DNA of 63,875 bases, counting the filler, from Ministeria vibrans ATCC 50519 (lineage: Eukaryota; Protista; Filasterea), in the NCBI GenBank assembly GCA_943704425.1. It is 12 parts of 12 records of this genome, joined end to end, with 100 filler letters (N's around TTAATTAATTAA, not from the genome) between each part and the next. Parts side by side here need not be neighbours in the genome. Positions count along the whole stretch, not along the records: positions 24,221 to 28,414 come from CALSCP010000472.1; positions 28,515 to 31,878 come from CALSCP010001250.1; positions 31,979 to 33,052 come from CALSCP010000973.1; positions 33,153 to 41,131 come from CALSCP010000985.1; 8 more parts are not named here. One strand, written 5' to 3'. This document shows, in pieces, positions 27,402 through 40,700 of the stretch (positions within the stretch are counted from its first letter, which is position 1; each line of letters opens with the position of its first letter). The notes beneath the pieces were generated by a model. That model was not told the DNA's origin, searched no databases, and saw nothing but the letters and a program-made list of their open reading frames with translations. Position numbers and translations under genes: made by a program.

Positions 27402-28257
27402 CTCTCTCTCTCTCTCTCAAACTTTCTCTCTCTTAAACTCTCTCAAACTCTCCTTCCCTCCAGGACTATTCTTTGACAAACTCTATGGAAACCTGGTGAA
27501 GATAGACGAGGACGGCAACGTCATGCGCGCCATGCATGGCTACGTTGTGCTGACCCAGAACGAACTCGATGTCCAATACCCCAGCTCGTTTGTCCATTCG
27601 GACGAAATTGGACAGCGTTACTACGTCCTCAACACGCTCTTCAACCTCCCAGGTAGCCCCCTCCTAATCCTAATGGATCATTCCCTAACAACAGCCTCGT
27701 TGTGTTGGTTTTGTAGAAACTGCGCTTCTCGCGGACCTGATCAACTACTACGACAACCAAACGGCGCTCTTCACACGCACGTCGACGGGAGTCCAGCGCG
27801 ACAACATCTTTCTCAGCTACGCAAACATCTTTTCAGACGTTCGCCAGTGTATCGATTACATTCACCAATTCGGTATTGCTTTTCCTAATAACCCTATCCC
27901 CCTCCCTCACCCTTAACTCGACTTCTTTTGCAGGTAATCTTAAGGCACTCACAGTTGCTGACCTTCCTCGCTACGTCAAAAAGACCCCCCGTCTGCTCGA
28001 CCTTCTCCGCGAAATCCGACGCAACGGCCGCAAAACAATGCTCATCACCAACTCAGGCTACGAGTACACCGAGAAGCTCATGACGTACCTCTGCGACTTC
28101 CCCGACAACCCCGCAAGCAGTCCCCCCTCGAATTCCTCCTCCTCCCAGAGCTCCGTCTCTGCCACTGCTACTGCAACTGCTCCCGCTTCCTCCAACTGGA
28201 GAAAGTTCTTTGATGTCATTATTGTCGACGCCAAAAAACCTCTCTTTTTCGCGGAAG
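26654..28257 (+). CDS. NT5C2: Cytosolic purine 5'-nucleotidase (HAD-IG family), 3' partial
   Basis: KYRR..NRVFVNR.L, FGFDMDYTLA, GL.FD.LYGNL.K.D, LNTLFNLPET, LITNSGY.YT, W..FFDVIIVDAKKP.FF. Confidence 0.93.
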
Positions 28258-28316
28258 GTAAAAAAAAACAAAAACAAAAACAAACAAACAAACCTTGATC
28301 GCTATCATAATAATTA

Positions 28317-28407
<91 letters not shown>

Positions 28408-28555
28408 TATTTTTNNNNNNNNNNNNNNNNNNNNNNNNNNNNNNNNNNNNNNNNNNNNTTAATTAATTAANNNNNNNNNNNNNNNNNNNNNNNNNNNNNN
28501 NNNNNNNNNNNNNNGTAGTGATTTTTGCGCTGCTCTCATTTGGGGGTCTTATGGC

Positions 28556-28591
<36 letters not shown>

Positions 28592-28632
28592 AACAAAGTG
28601 AGAGAAAGAGAGAGAGAGTAACGTTTGAGACG

Positions 28633-28882
28633 TACCCTGTGGAACACGAAACCCCTGGTGCGCCTGCAGTTCCTCGGCGACGGCGCTCTGTGCGATGTGT
28701 TCCATTGCCGAGAGGCGCGTCACGTGGCTCAACGTCAGGGGTGGCGGTGGCTGTAATTTGCTCTCTCGGGTGGTGATCAGTTCTGTCTGAAATGCCAAGT
28801 CGGGATGAGCCACACGAACGAGAAGCGAAGACAAGCATGCCCCAATGAGCAAGCCACACAGGCTAGCCTTGAGCTTGCTCAT
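28633..28882 (-). CDS. First exon of an unknown protein with an N-terminal signal/anchor
   Basis: MSKLKASLCGLLIGACLSSLLV hydrophobic start, then a GT donor. Confidence 0.45.
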
Positions 28883-29059
28883 AAAAAATAGATGATTAAT
28901 GAGTGCTGTGTGACTGTGTCAACACTCAAAATTATTATTGGAATTTGGCAATAGTTATTCACATTTCAAGTTTTGGCAAACAAACTATTTACTCCCTTTC
29001 TTTCGCCTCGCCGCGACCCCTACTTACACACATACTCGCCCACTGAAAACTTTCCTGTC

Positions 29060-30034
29060 ATGACTATTACGACATTTGTCGAAGAGTTTGCGCAATCCAT
29101 CCTCGAACAAAAAGACATCCTCCGCCACGCTATGGCGGGCGCTGCGAACTTTCCTGGCTCCTCTGAGGGCGCAGTGGTAGTGTTGAGGCGCGCTGGCGCG
29201 ATTGTCCAGTCCAAGGCCTCCGTCTTGGCGGGCGCAGCGTTGCTGGACGACACGCTCTGCGACGACGCCAAAAAGTCGTTGAGTACCAACGTGGTGGAGG
29301 CTGCAGCGACCATGGTCACGTGCGCAACACGCGTGGGAGGCTCTGCGACGCTGCGTAGGGTGATTCGCGATGCGCTCGACGCTATTTTGGACGATTTGGT
29401 GTTGTTTGTGGCGCGGGTGGACGCGCGTGACGATGCGATGCGTGCCACGACTGGAGCCGTGTGGGAAGGCTGCCGCAGCCTCGCGCAGTTGCCCACAACC
29501 GATGCGGGCGCCTTGTGCACGCTTCTTAGCGACGCGCTCTCGCTAGTGCGTGATGCTGCCTCAGAACTCACGGAAACTGCTGAAGAGAATGCTACTGGGG
29601 TACACGCCGACGGTAGCAACAGCAACGGCACGGACGAGATGCTCGAGGAGGATGAGGATGACTTCAACTTTGCGGACGTACACTGTACATGGAGCGGCGA
29701 CGACGAGCGTGCCATGCTGTCCGCACTCTCAACCTACATTGGCACAGTTGTGACACTAGTCGAGTCACTGGCTCACCCTTCCGACACAGAACGCTCCTTG
29801 ACCGCCCTGAGCACAAGTGCGGTTGACACAGCCGCCACGGCAACCATGGCCATCCCAGAGGCAGTCGATGCGCTTGTGTCACTTGTCTACGCTGACTTTG
29901 ATGCCGCTGAGATTGCCGCAAAAGCTCACGAGCTCTTACAAACTGCACTGGCTCTCGTCAATGCTGCTCCCGTCTGTGACTCGGAAATCCGCGAACGTCT
30001 CACCGAAGCCGCTCAGGCGATTCTGACGCACTGA
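29060..30034 (+). CDS. Grap2/cyclin-D-interacting protein family (GCIP/CCNDBP1-like)
   Basis: Helical protein with TGAVWEGC..L, LVRDA..EL, an acidic linker, and VD.LV..VY. Confidence 0.7.
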   Translation: MTITTFVEEFAQSILEQKDILRHAMAGAANFPGSSEGAVVVLRRAGAIVQSKASVLAGAALLDDTLCDDAKKSLSTNVVEAAATMVTCATRVGGSATLRRVIRDALDAILDDLVLFVARVDARDDAMRATTGAVWEGCRSLAQLPTTDAGALCTLLSDALSLVRDAASELTETAEENATGVHADGSNSNGTDEMLEEDEDDFNFADVHCTWSGDDERAMLSALSTYIGTVVTLVESLAHPSDTERSLTALSTSAVDTAATATMAIPEAVDALVSLVYADFDAAEIAAKAHELLQTALALVNAAPVCDSEIRERLTEAAQAILTH

Positions 30035-30379
30035 GAAATCGTATGTTTTTATTTGTCAATATACAGTGTATCAAAAACAATACTCCCTTGAGAGAGTCAG
30101 AAAGTCAGAGGGACGGGAGAAAGAAAAACAAGCAATAAATAGGGTGTGCTTGTTTTCTAATAGTGGCGGTCTGGCTGTGTCTTTGCGTGGTGACTGTATC
30201 ATGAATAAATATTAAATGGGTTGTATTCTTTTTCTTCTAATAGTTTAGTTTGTGGTGACTGTCTCGTAATATATAATCATTGGGTTATAAAAATTACGAC
30301 GAGTAATGTTCTTCAGTTCTTACTTCTTCTAATAGTGAATAGTCTTATTATCACAAAATACCGAAGTAATATCAGAAGT

Positions 30380-31737
30380 ATGACAGACGGCAACGAGGAC
30401 ATGCCTGTGTCTGCGGGATGCAACGTCGGCCTTGACGGCAGTGCGGACCCCAACGACGTGCTGGAGCAGGTGAACTTGGCGTCGCTGACGGACTCGAAGC
30501 AGCGGGCGGTTCGCATTCGGGCGTACATCCGCGAAGAAGACGCCCGCTTGCGTGCAAAGTACTCGTGGTAACGAATTGAGTTGAGACGAGCGCAGTGGGA
30601 GTTGAGACAAAAATCATTGTTGTCACTTGGGATTGTTTAGGCTGGCGTACCAAAACACTCTCGGCGTCGGCATTTGGCTGTTCTCTCTGGCAGGCATTGT
30701 CAGTTTGTCATGGTTGTACGCGACAGAACGCCTTTCGGCACTTGTTACCGTCGTGGGAATTGCTTTTTGTGGAAGGTTCGCAAAGTGTCGTTGTTTGTGT
30801 TGTGTCATTGTGTTGTTTGTGCATATCTCAACTCGCAAGCGGAAACTACACTCACCAATGGGCAACTTCAACGTCGAATAAGCTTGGTGATTGACATGTT
30901 TAGTGTTTTGCGATATTGAACGTGAATAACTTTGTGTTTTGGATTGTGTGTTGTGATGTTCTGTCTTTGTGACGACATTTTTGTGTTTCACATAGTTTGT
31001 ACATTCGTTGTGAAGCCTTGCACCGTATCGATATTCAGCTAAAACGGACTCTCTTTTGCGGCCTACTTGCCTTGGGCACGATCTTTCTCTCGCAGCTTCC
31101 TTCACGAACTAGAGCATGATCTCATTCACGATCAGTACTTGAAAGGCCACAAAGCCGCTCAAAACGTTCTACTTACTCTCATTTGGTTCTGCAAACTCGG
31201 TAGATCAAAATCTAACACACCCTTTCCCACCTACCCACCTTTAAAACGCACCGATATAGGAGCGCATCCATGGGAACGCAAGAAACTACATCTACAGCAC
31301 CATCGAGTGTCCGGACAGCCGTCCGACGTCGAAGAGCGCCTCATTGGTTTAGGAATGCCTTTTGGTCTTACTCGCCTTTTCATTATGCTCAATCCGTGGG
31401 CCTCCTATTTTGCCGTCAAAGGTACACACGACGTGACGTGAACATAACTTCCCTCATTCCCTAACCCTAGCCCTAACCCTAACCCTACCCTCAATGACAA
31501 CCCGATTCTCAGCCCTAGGCCTATCATAACCCCAACCCTAACCTTTGCCCTTAGTGGCAGGTCTAATCTCAATACTAACATCAGCTCTCCGTCATCCTTA
31601 GAAATCAAACGCGATAACTCCGCACCTAAATTCCGCGCTCGTGATATGAGCAACCGTTCACTTCCCACTTACATTCCCTATCAGTTGGGCTCATTAATCT
31701 CGTTGGTGCTTTTCTTTTTTCCCATTTCTTATGAAGG
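30380..31737 (+). CDS. Membrane fatty-acid desaturase-like protein (His-box enzyme), 3' partial
   Basis: LRAKYSWL.YQN.LG, TM helices, SFLHELEHDLIH, PW.RK.LHLQHHRVSG..SDVEERLIG. Confidence 0.8.
31458..31545 (+). repeat. Degenerate intronic (CCCTAA)n telomere-like repeat
   Basis: ccctaaccctagccctaaccctaaccctacc...cccaaccctaacc. Confidence 0.6.
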
Positions 31738-31770
31738 TCCGAAAAACTAATAATAATAATTTTAATTAGC

Positions 31771-31878
<108 letters not shown>

Positions 31879-32018
31879 NNNNNNNNNNNNNNNNNNNNNN
31901 NNNNNNNNNNNNNNNNNNNNNNTTAATTAATTAANNNNNNNNNNNNNNNNNNNNNNNNNNNNNNNNNNNNNNNNNNNNAAAAAAAAGAGAGAGAGAGAAG
32001 AGAGATTGTGAGATATAC

Positions 32019-32247
32019 CGGCAGTGGTGACGGCCGCATCGGATCGCCAGTAGATCTTCTTGTCGCGCTTGTCCCTGGGGCGACTGGAGGTGATGCCTCG
32101 AACGTGACCGTCGATGTGAAGTTCGACTCGGTACTTATGACTGTCGTCTCCAGCAAAGCCGTAGCCTTCAAGGACTCGGACGCCCAGAACCGACGAGTCG
32201 GTAGTGCCTGTAGCAAGAGCCATTGCAGAGATAAGAAAGGTGATCAC
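32019..32247 (-). CDS. First exon of a putative secreted protein, possible C2-like beta domain
   Basis: Hydrophobic N-terminus then LGVRVLEGYGF...YRVELHIDG; GT donor. Confidence 0.4.
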
Positions 32248-32344
32248 TGACCTTATTTTCTTTTGGAATTTCCTTTCGTTTCGAATAATGGCAAATATCA
32301 GTCAACCGCTTGTCAATTCAAATTTTAATTTTTTGCACACTTGG

Positions 32345-32956
32345 ATGGTCTCAAAAACTAAGGCCGTCACGTATGGGTGCGTGTCGACCGTTGGCTTAGC
32401 GCTCTCCTATCCGTTTCTCCCACTGAACTTCTTTGAAATTGGTAAGAGAATGAAACGGGGCAACGTCAAGCCAAGGGTGGCTGGTCTTGGAGAGAGGCGC
32501 TGTGGGAAGCATGGATTTGAGCGGGAGCGCGGCTGCTGGCGAGAGTCGTGCGGCGCAAGAGAATCGTCTTTGAATACTTTTTCGTTTTTTTTTCGCTGCA
32601 GACCCCGAAGTCGTGCGGACCTGCAAGCACCTTGCGGCCGGGGGGGTTGCTGGGGCGGTCTCTAGGACGTGCGTGTCGCCATTGGAGCGATTGAAGATTC
32701 TTTTTCAGGTCAGTCAAAGAGAGAGAGAAACACAAAAAGGTCCAATTTGTCGCGAGTCGACACAAAACGTTCTTTTGCGTCTCCGTTCGAAACGCTGTAG
32801 GTTCAGCCCGAATTGGAAAAGAAGGTGTGGAGGGAACTTGTAAGAATATACCGGACGGAAGGCCTGCTTGGCTTTATGAAGGGAAACGGCACCAATGTCA
32901 TTCGAATGGTGCCCTACAGTGCAGTGCAGTTTGCCGCCTATGAGCGGTACAAGAGA
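32345..32956 (+). CDS. Mitochondrial carrier (SLC25, adenine nucleotide/CoA-type), 3' partial
   Basis: [57 protein letters not shown]. Confidence 0.92.
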
Positions 32957-32982
32957 GTACGACCAGCTAAAGATACATGTTT

Positions 32983-33052
<70 letters not shown>

Positions 33053-33175
33053 NNNNNNNNNNNNNNNNNNNNNNNNNNNNNNNNNNNNNNNNNNNNTTAA
33101 TTAATTAANNNNNNNNNNNNNNNNNNNNNNNNNNNNNNNNNNNNNNNNNNNNTTTTTTTTCTTTTTTTTTTCCAG

Positions 33176-33349
33176 GTGATGAGCGTCATCAAGACACACT
33201 ACGACTCACTCACGCTCAAACTGCAAGACGGACTGGACCGCTTCAGCACATTCAACGAAGGATCAGACGACGCCGAGGCGGCTCTCATGCGCCAGACAGT
33301 CCGTCTGGTCGTACAGGACTGTAAAGACAACGTACTCGAATCTCAATAG
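33176..33349 (+). CDS. ARMH3: Last exon of an armadillo-like helical domain protein 3 (C10orf76/DUF1741-like)
   Basis: V..VIKTHYDSLTLKLQDGLDRF..F.E resembles the conserved NYDTLTLKLQDGLD C-terminus. Confidence 0.75.
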   Translation: MMSVIKTHYDSLTLKLQDGLDRFSTFNEGSDDAEAALMRQTVRLVVQDCKDNVLESQ

Positions 33350-33371
33350 TACACTCAACACACATACACAT

Positions 33372-36320
33372 TCATCGATTGGTCATTGAGCGTCGCTTAA
33401 GCATAATAAAGGCAAGCAGTCGAAAGAGCACAATGAACCCCACTACTCCAGCAACCGCAATCCATTCGTTGGTCAGCGGTGCGCCAAATACTACACAAAC
33501 AAAGCAAAATTCAGTCGGCATCACCAACAAAACAGCTGCAAACTCTTGTCTTTGTACGCTTGAGCCAGAGTTTGCCCTCTTGAGTATGATCAAACTCATT
33601 AATCAGCTGTGCTGTGGTTGCATACGACATGGGCGTGCTCCAGTAGATCCAGCGAAAATACACCGGAATGTTCGGATAAAGACTAAGCAATGTGTCAAAT
33701 CCATGCATCCGTTGAAATGGCCCCTCACCACTTACCACATGACACCACCAAAGACCAACGAAACGACATTGGCAATTCCCGCAATGCCCAGCGCCAGTTC
33801 AATTGTGTCAAAGGCCGCTCCCATCAGCTCATTCAGTGCCAGATACGCATTCATAGACAGCGCATTTACAAGAAACGCAAACCAGAACGATCCTAAGAAT
33901 TTTGTTCAAAATGAAATCGGGAGAGATAGAGAGAAGATAGAGATAGAAGAGAGAAGAGAGAAGAGAGAAGAGAGCAAAGTAATAGAATCAAAGTGATAGA
34001 AACAAGTGACAGAAGTGATATATATGCAACGAGATAAAAGCAAAGTGACAGAAACAAGTGACAGAAGTGATAGATATGCAAAGTGATAAAAGCAAAGTGA
34101 CAGAAAAAAGTGAATAAATGCAAAGTGATAGAAACAAAGCAATAGAGAATTTTTGATTACCAGTCCATTTTTGAAGCTCATAAATAATGATTGTATAGCC
34201 CATACAAATGGGAATGGAAAGCGGAAGAAAGCATATCAGATTGGTAAAGAAATAAGCGCTCACTACACAAGTCGATTAAATTAATACACAGAAAAACGAC
34301 CGATTGCAATACAAATACCAGAGTAGTAATCAGCTGCGTGTTCACGAGAGAAGATGTGACGGTCTTTGATGAATGTGGGCACTGAAAAGAACGCAAACAC
34401 ACTGAAGACGTCCAACTAAAGAGAAATAATAATGAGGGCCACGATTTTGTGCTTCACTCTCTTCCTTTTCGACAAGAGTACCATAAATCCAATTGCAAGA
34501 GTGAGCTGAGCTTGAACTGTGACTGTGATTGAACGGAACATCAGTCCCACCATCAGCGCAATAAACAAATATCCTAAGCAGACCATTTGAGAACTACGTT
34601 TATTTGAAGATTGCCAAAATAGGGTTGCACTTGGTATCAAAGTGATAATAGTACTATCATTAGATTTGACGTGTACATATAATAGTTTGATTTAGGGCCT
34701 CTGCCACAGTCTGCCAGCAAATTTCTTCCTGTGCGTGTTTGCGTACCGAATAACGATTGAAGGGCAATGACTGGATTTCGAATGTAATAGAGAATGGTGC
34801 GTTTCGAAAGGACTCTGAGCTGAAGGAAGAAGGAAGATTTCTGACGGGCGGGCGGAAGAGTAGAAAGGGCAGAATGAGATGGAGTCTCCGACTGGAACGG
34901 GAGAGACTTGCACTTGTCCTTCCAGACAGAAGAAAGCTGAGTGACATAGAGCGAGTGGGCGAGAGATGTCTCACGCGGACGAGAGCCAATCAAAGCACTG
35001 GTGTGACTGTCGTCGTTGTGTGGAGATGCATTAATCTGTCCATTGTCCACATACACGTCAGCACAGTCATCATGATCGTCAGCACTGTCCAGTGTGCCGC
35101 TGTTCGGTCCTATCCCCGACACAACGTCCAACAGGAAGTCTGCTGGGTTCCATCCGCTCGGACACACTTGCTGATGGTGTGTGGCGAAGAACTCAGAGGC
35201 GTCCTTGGCTGCACCGTGGTAAACCAGTTTGCCCTAGAAAGCACATAATTGTCAGATGCGACGTCACAATGTGCGCAGAATTACGTCTGAGAGGAGGATG
35301 AGCGTAGAGATGCGGTTGAAGATGGACGAGCGAGGTTGGTGAAGCGTGCAGAGCACTGCGGTGTTCTGGGTACGACAGAGGTCATGCAGAAGATTCATAA
35401 GCAAGAGAGCAGCGTGTGAGTCGAGACCCGACGTAGGTTCGTCCGCAATAAGCACAGCCGGCTGTGTGAGCAGCTCGAGACCAACGGAGACGCGTCGTCG
35501 CTCTCCGCCAGAGATGCCCCGGATAAAAAGACCCCCCAAACGCGTGTGGCGGCATTTGTGAAGACGGAGATCACGGATGACCTGGTCCACGCGCCGTTGG
35601 CGCTCCAGTTTCGTCAGTTTCGACAGGCGCAGCTGAAAAAAAAAACGTACGTTACTACGAATGCATTGTGTTGTTTCTCACAACGACTGACAAAAAAAAA
35701 ATGAATTCACCTCAGCAGCAAAAGTAAAGGTCTCTTCGACAGTAAAAGTCTCGAGAAGGGCGTCGTCTTGCGAGACAAAGCCGACAATGCCGCGAATTCG
35801 AGCAGCGCTCACCTCTGCGCCGTTCAGCATCAATTGCCCTACACGACACGACACGATATGACAAACGACCCCCTCTCGAGCAATTCCGTGCGTCTCAGTC
35901 GCATGACCTACCTTGAATCTTGACACCAGGCGCAAGCGAGCGGCCCGACACGACGGAGAGAAGTGACGTTTTGCCTAAGAGCACAAAAACGCGTTTGGGC
36001 GAAGGAAATTAAACAGTGCAACGAACCGCTTCCTGAGGGCCCGAAGATGGCGGTGACTTCGCCAGGGCGTGCAGAGCCACTGAGATCATCAAGTACCACC
36101 TTGGACGAGAGCGTTTGTCGTCGTACGAGACTTTTCTACGAGAAATCCCGTGTTTTTTCCAATTTGATTAATTGACTGGACGATAGGAAACTCCTAAGCG
36201 CACCTTGGTCGCCACAGACATGCTCACGTTGGACCAGGAGAGGGACACGCTTGGGCGAGGAGGAGGATCGGCTGCGGCATGCCGGTCAGACTCGACAAGC
36301 AGTGGCTGAGACGCAGACAT
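33372..36320 (-). CDS. ABCG (white-like) half transporter, multi-exon
   Basis: Walker A GPSGSGKTSLL, GFVSQDD, signature GISGGERRRVS, Walker B DEPTSGLDS, TLHQPR, NPADFLLD, C-terminal ABC2 membrane domain. Confidence 0.95.
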
Positions 36321-36517
36321 AGCAAAAACAGTGATGAGTGATCTAACTATAATTAAAATTTTGGTTTTTACAGGTTGATTTGAACTAGTGGTCACTTGCG
36401 CATTGTGGGTGCGTTTTTTTTTTGGCTCTGCGTTCTGTTGCTTCTTCCCCTACTTTCCTGATCACAGTGATTTGTAATGTCTCAGTGTAGTAGTGTAGTA
36501 CATATACTTCAATTGCA

Positions 36518-37630
36518 TCACTTAAACTCCAGTTCAGCGGCAAGCAAGAGATGATCGGACGGCTCGGAGGCGGTAGGAAACGAGTCGATGTGTTCGACAT
36601 CGTCGAGGGACGGGAGCGGGCGCACCCCGCACACATCAAAGCCCTGAGTCATGATGTAGTCGAGAGTGTCAACAAAGATGGGATCGTTCTTCACCTGTGA
36701 CTTGTTTGTGAACTCGGGCTCGGAGCCCGTGGCAGCCACATAGGCGCTTTGAAAGGGATTAGGAAGATCGGGGGTCCAGGAGTCGTCGGTGAGCGAGCTG
36801 GTGGGGTAGTCGGGGTGGTCGGGTGCAAGAGAGCCAGTCGTGAGCAGGGTATACGCCGAGTCGCGCGGCTTTACGTTGAAGTCGCCGGCAAAGACACAGG
36901 GAAGACCACCCGCCTGACGAAGGAGGTTCTGTGCAGACAGCGCTGTGTGGGCAACCATGACTTGCGGAGACTCGAATACACAGGGCATGTGGTAGGTGCC
37001 AACGCAAAACTCACGCAGTCGATCGCTCTTGAGCGCCTTGAGACGCACCACAATCATTTGATTCTTGCGAGACTTGGTCACTCGCCATGCTTCGTCATCC
37101 ACGACAGCGGCACGGGCGGGCGGGGAGGCGGCAGGCGGCTGTGCAAAGAGGCGCGAGAGCCAGGTGAGCGTCGAGGGGAGCCATCCGGACGGGACACTCG
37201 GCGGGCGCTGGGGGTAGCCCTGCTTGGTGTCGGCGATGCAGGTGGTGGACGCCGTCACCACTTCGTAGTGGTCGCGGGGGTACGCAAGAAGCACGCCCAT
37301 GTAGCCGCTGAACTGACTTCCTGGCGAGAAGGACAACAGCGCAAGTTGATCAGACACTTACACACGAAAGTGCGCCAAAGTACCGTAAGATGCGCTGATG
37401 ACGTCGTATTTGGCCTTGGAGAGGTGTGCAAAGATGTTGCCGTACCACATGGTGCTGACTTCCTGCAGGCAGATGATGCTGCCGAGCTGTATTTCCTGGT
37501 CGATCATTTTGAGGACTCTTGGCCGTCGCGTGTCGGGCGAACAGTCAGCGGCCACGCACGACCGGAAGTAGCCCGCCGAGCACAGGTTGGGCGACAGTAC
37601 GTTGTACGTGGCAACACGAATGCGAGCCAT
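36518..37630 (-). CDS. Endonuclease/exonuclease/phosphatase (CCR4/nocturnin/angel-like)
   Basis: ATYNVL, ICLQEV, GDFN, EPEFTN, TLDYI, PSDH motifs; one intron near 37307-37380. Confidence 0.9.
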
Positions 37631-37793
37631 CACGAACAGGAAGTTCCAAAAAAATAAAAAAGGATTGATGATTGATTATTTCGAATGAATAGGTTTAAGA
37701 AGTTTATTGTGAGTATCATACTGGAAAAATCGAAAAATAAATTCATGGACGAGAAGACGTGTCGAGGGTGGAGATAGAGAGCAATTGTGGGTA

Positions 37794-40700
37794 TTAGGGA
37801 GAAAGGGAGGGCGTGGAAACCGGCGGAGGAGCACTGACCACGCCATTTTCGTCACGGTACAGCAGAATGTCGCCCTCGTTGGGCGGGACGTCCCAGTCTC
37901 TCCAGATCCGACCTGCTAGGAGTGCCTGCCTCATGCCGGGGGAAGCCATTGCCTGTAGTCGTCGTCGTAGGTCGCGCACAGAGATGACAGTCTCGCCAGG
38001 CGCAAACCCTTCGCGCGTGGGTCCCAGTGCGTGCACCAGAAGCTCCGTCAGCTGGCTCTGCGATTTGTCATCGGTTAGGTGTCCATTCGCATGTGGTAAG
38101 GAGCTGGTGAGGATCTGGCGCGCATAGCCTGACATAGGTGCGGCCAAATTTGCGCCAATGTCGTCCTTGACGAGCGCACCTGAGTTGCAAAAGTCTGCAA
38201 TGACGAGCACATTGCAGCCCTGCCACGAGACTTGCCCACTCAAGAGCCCACGAAGTACATCCAGATTAAAGCACGACCTGCGGCCATCGGGCGTCTCAAT
38301 CGCATCGCTCAGCACCAGGCCACCGCCTCCGCCGCTCACGCCATGGCCAATCAAATGCACAATCAGCAGTGAAGCTCGACCAGCGTGCTTCCCCGCCTCC
38401 CTCGACAGCTCCAGAGCCGCCTCCTCAATGCGTGTTCGTGTCACTGCCTCCCACTTACCAGTGGCATCCACATCAGAAACAGAGCGCACGTTAAACTTGC
38501 GCTGTCGCCACAGGTCAGACACGAGAGCGACGCTGTTGGCGACACCGGGAAGGTCCTTGTACTTGTGAAGCGGTGATTCATTGGTGCTGCGGTACTTGCT
38601 CACTCCAACCACCAGTGCAGCAGCATGGGTGTAGCCTGGTGGAAGTTCCACATCTACGAAATATAACCAAATATGAGCAGAAAAAAAAGAAGCATTGATA
38701 CATTTCTTACGTCCTGGGGCCACCCACCACTGCTCCAATCGCTCGTTGCACACGCGTGCTTCCCCCGCATGTGCCACCAGTTTTGCAACCACATCCTCCG
38801 GTCGTCGATGCGATTCACTCGCTTGTGCCACATCCGCTGGTGAGAAGAGGGGTGCATTGGTCTTGAAGGGATGGGCGGGCACAAGGACGGGTGTGCCTCG
38901 CCAGCCCCAACGCAGCGAGCGAGTGCCGTTGCACACGGCAACACAAATGCGATCCAGAGTACACTGCACTCGAACGGCGTCACTGTCGTCGGTCAACTCA
39001 ATGCGCACAAACGACTCGTTTGCGTTGAGTCGCAAGCGCAGGGGAATACACCCCTCCATTGTCATAGCATCGGTGCACCGCTGAGTCGCACGGATGGGAA
39101 CCGTAGAAAGCGACTCGCGCCACAGCGCCACCATGAGAAGGTGAAAGGTGGCGAGGGAGACGGGTAGCAACTCGGCGTGATTGAATTGGTAGAGGAACAC
39201 CTGAGCGGGAAGAGAGACAGGCGCATCGAGAAAGGGTGCGTGGGCGGGGAGGAGCATGGGCACAACGAGTTGCTTGCCGCGACGCAAAGCGAGGCTGAGT
39301 CGCTCGAGGCAGAGCATAAACGCAGGGACGTCGGTGACGTCGGCACCAGCAAGGAGTGGAATGAGCTCGGGTTTGGGAGGCCAGAGCATGCGGCTGATCC
39401 TTTTAAGCAACGAAAGCGACTTGGGAGCCGCTTCGCTGGGTGCAACAAAAAGCGTTTTCGACTGACTCTTTGCAGCGGTCCAGACCAGCCACTCGGCAAC
39501 TTCGGCTGGGAAACCACACTCTGACTCGCACTGCGCTGCTGTCAACTCAGCGAGGAGTCGAGTGGTACGCAACAGGTCACACGCATTTCCCGCCGCTTGG
39601 ACCTCACGCAACATGGCCAGCGCACGCTTGCTCTTTGCCCGTCCCCACTGCGCCATCACCACCGAACACAGCAACTCCAGTGCCCCAATCAGACGTGGCA
39701 CGTCAAACACAATCGTGTCGGTGTCGCACACCCGCTGGCTCGTTGCATCTGCACGACACACCAGAATGTCTGCAGCACTCTCTAGATAGGGCACGAGACC
39801 GTCGCGTATTGCGTCCGCAGTCGGCATCATGCCACCGAGTGTGATGTGAGGGGTGTTGTTGAGCTCGAGTGACTTAAGCTCGTTCACACTGGACATGAGT
39901 TGAACGTTGCCCAGTCGCGCCCATCGGCCAATCAGATCCTGCGCTGCCACCAACTCCAACGGAAGCTTGCGATTACGCACAGCCTTGTACATGGCTGTGC
40001 TCACCGCCGACAGTCCGAGACGGGCCCTGCTGCCCACTTGGAAGAAGGCCACATCGGGTGTGTCGGGCGGCATGACAAGATGATTGTCCAGCGCTGACCC
40101 GACCAGACGGAGAATCTCACGGGAAATACAAAGGAGGCGATCGGCGGGGACTGTGTTGTTGGGGAACGTGTCGACGTGTGTGCCCACAATTATCACGCGG
40201 AAGTACGACTCGTCCGTAGTAGGCACCTGGTGGGCAATGATGTGTGCCCACTTTGTGAGGTGCTCGTACTGGCGTTGGGCAAGACGCGGGGTATTCATGA
40301 CGGAGAGGTCAAAGACGAGGACGTAGACAGACTCTGAACCCATAAAGAGAGCCGGAAGAGAGTCGTACATCGACTCGCCTACAAAGTCAAATGTGGAAAA
40401 ATGAGTAAAAAAATAATCAAATTTTTGGTCATATACCTGCAAAGTCAAATGCGTCCATGTCGACGTGCTCTCCGCGAACCTCATTTGTCAGCGACCCGGT
40501 CATTGTGGGAGATGCGACAAATGGCAGTGGGGGATCAGAGTCGGTGATGGTGGTTGTGCCAGATGTAGGTCGTGGTTGAGCAGGAGTGGAATCAAGTGTT
40601 GTGTGGGCGGGGGAGGAACGAAACGTCGATGGTCCAGCGCCACCTTCGTCCTCATCGCCTTTCACATTTTCTTCGCCCTCGTGTCCTGCAAAGAACCTCT

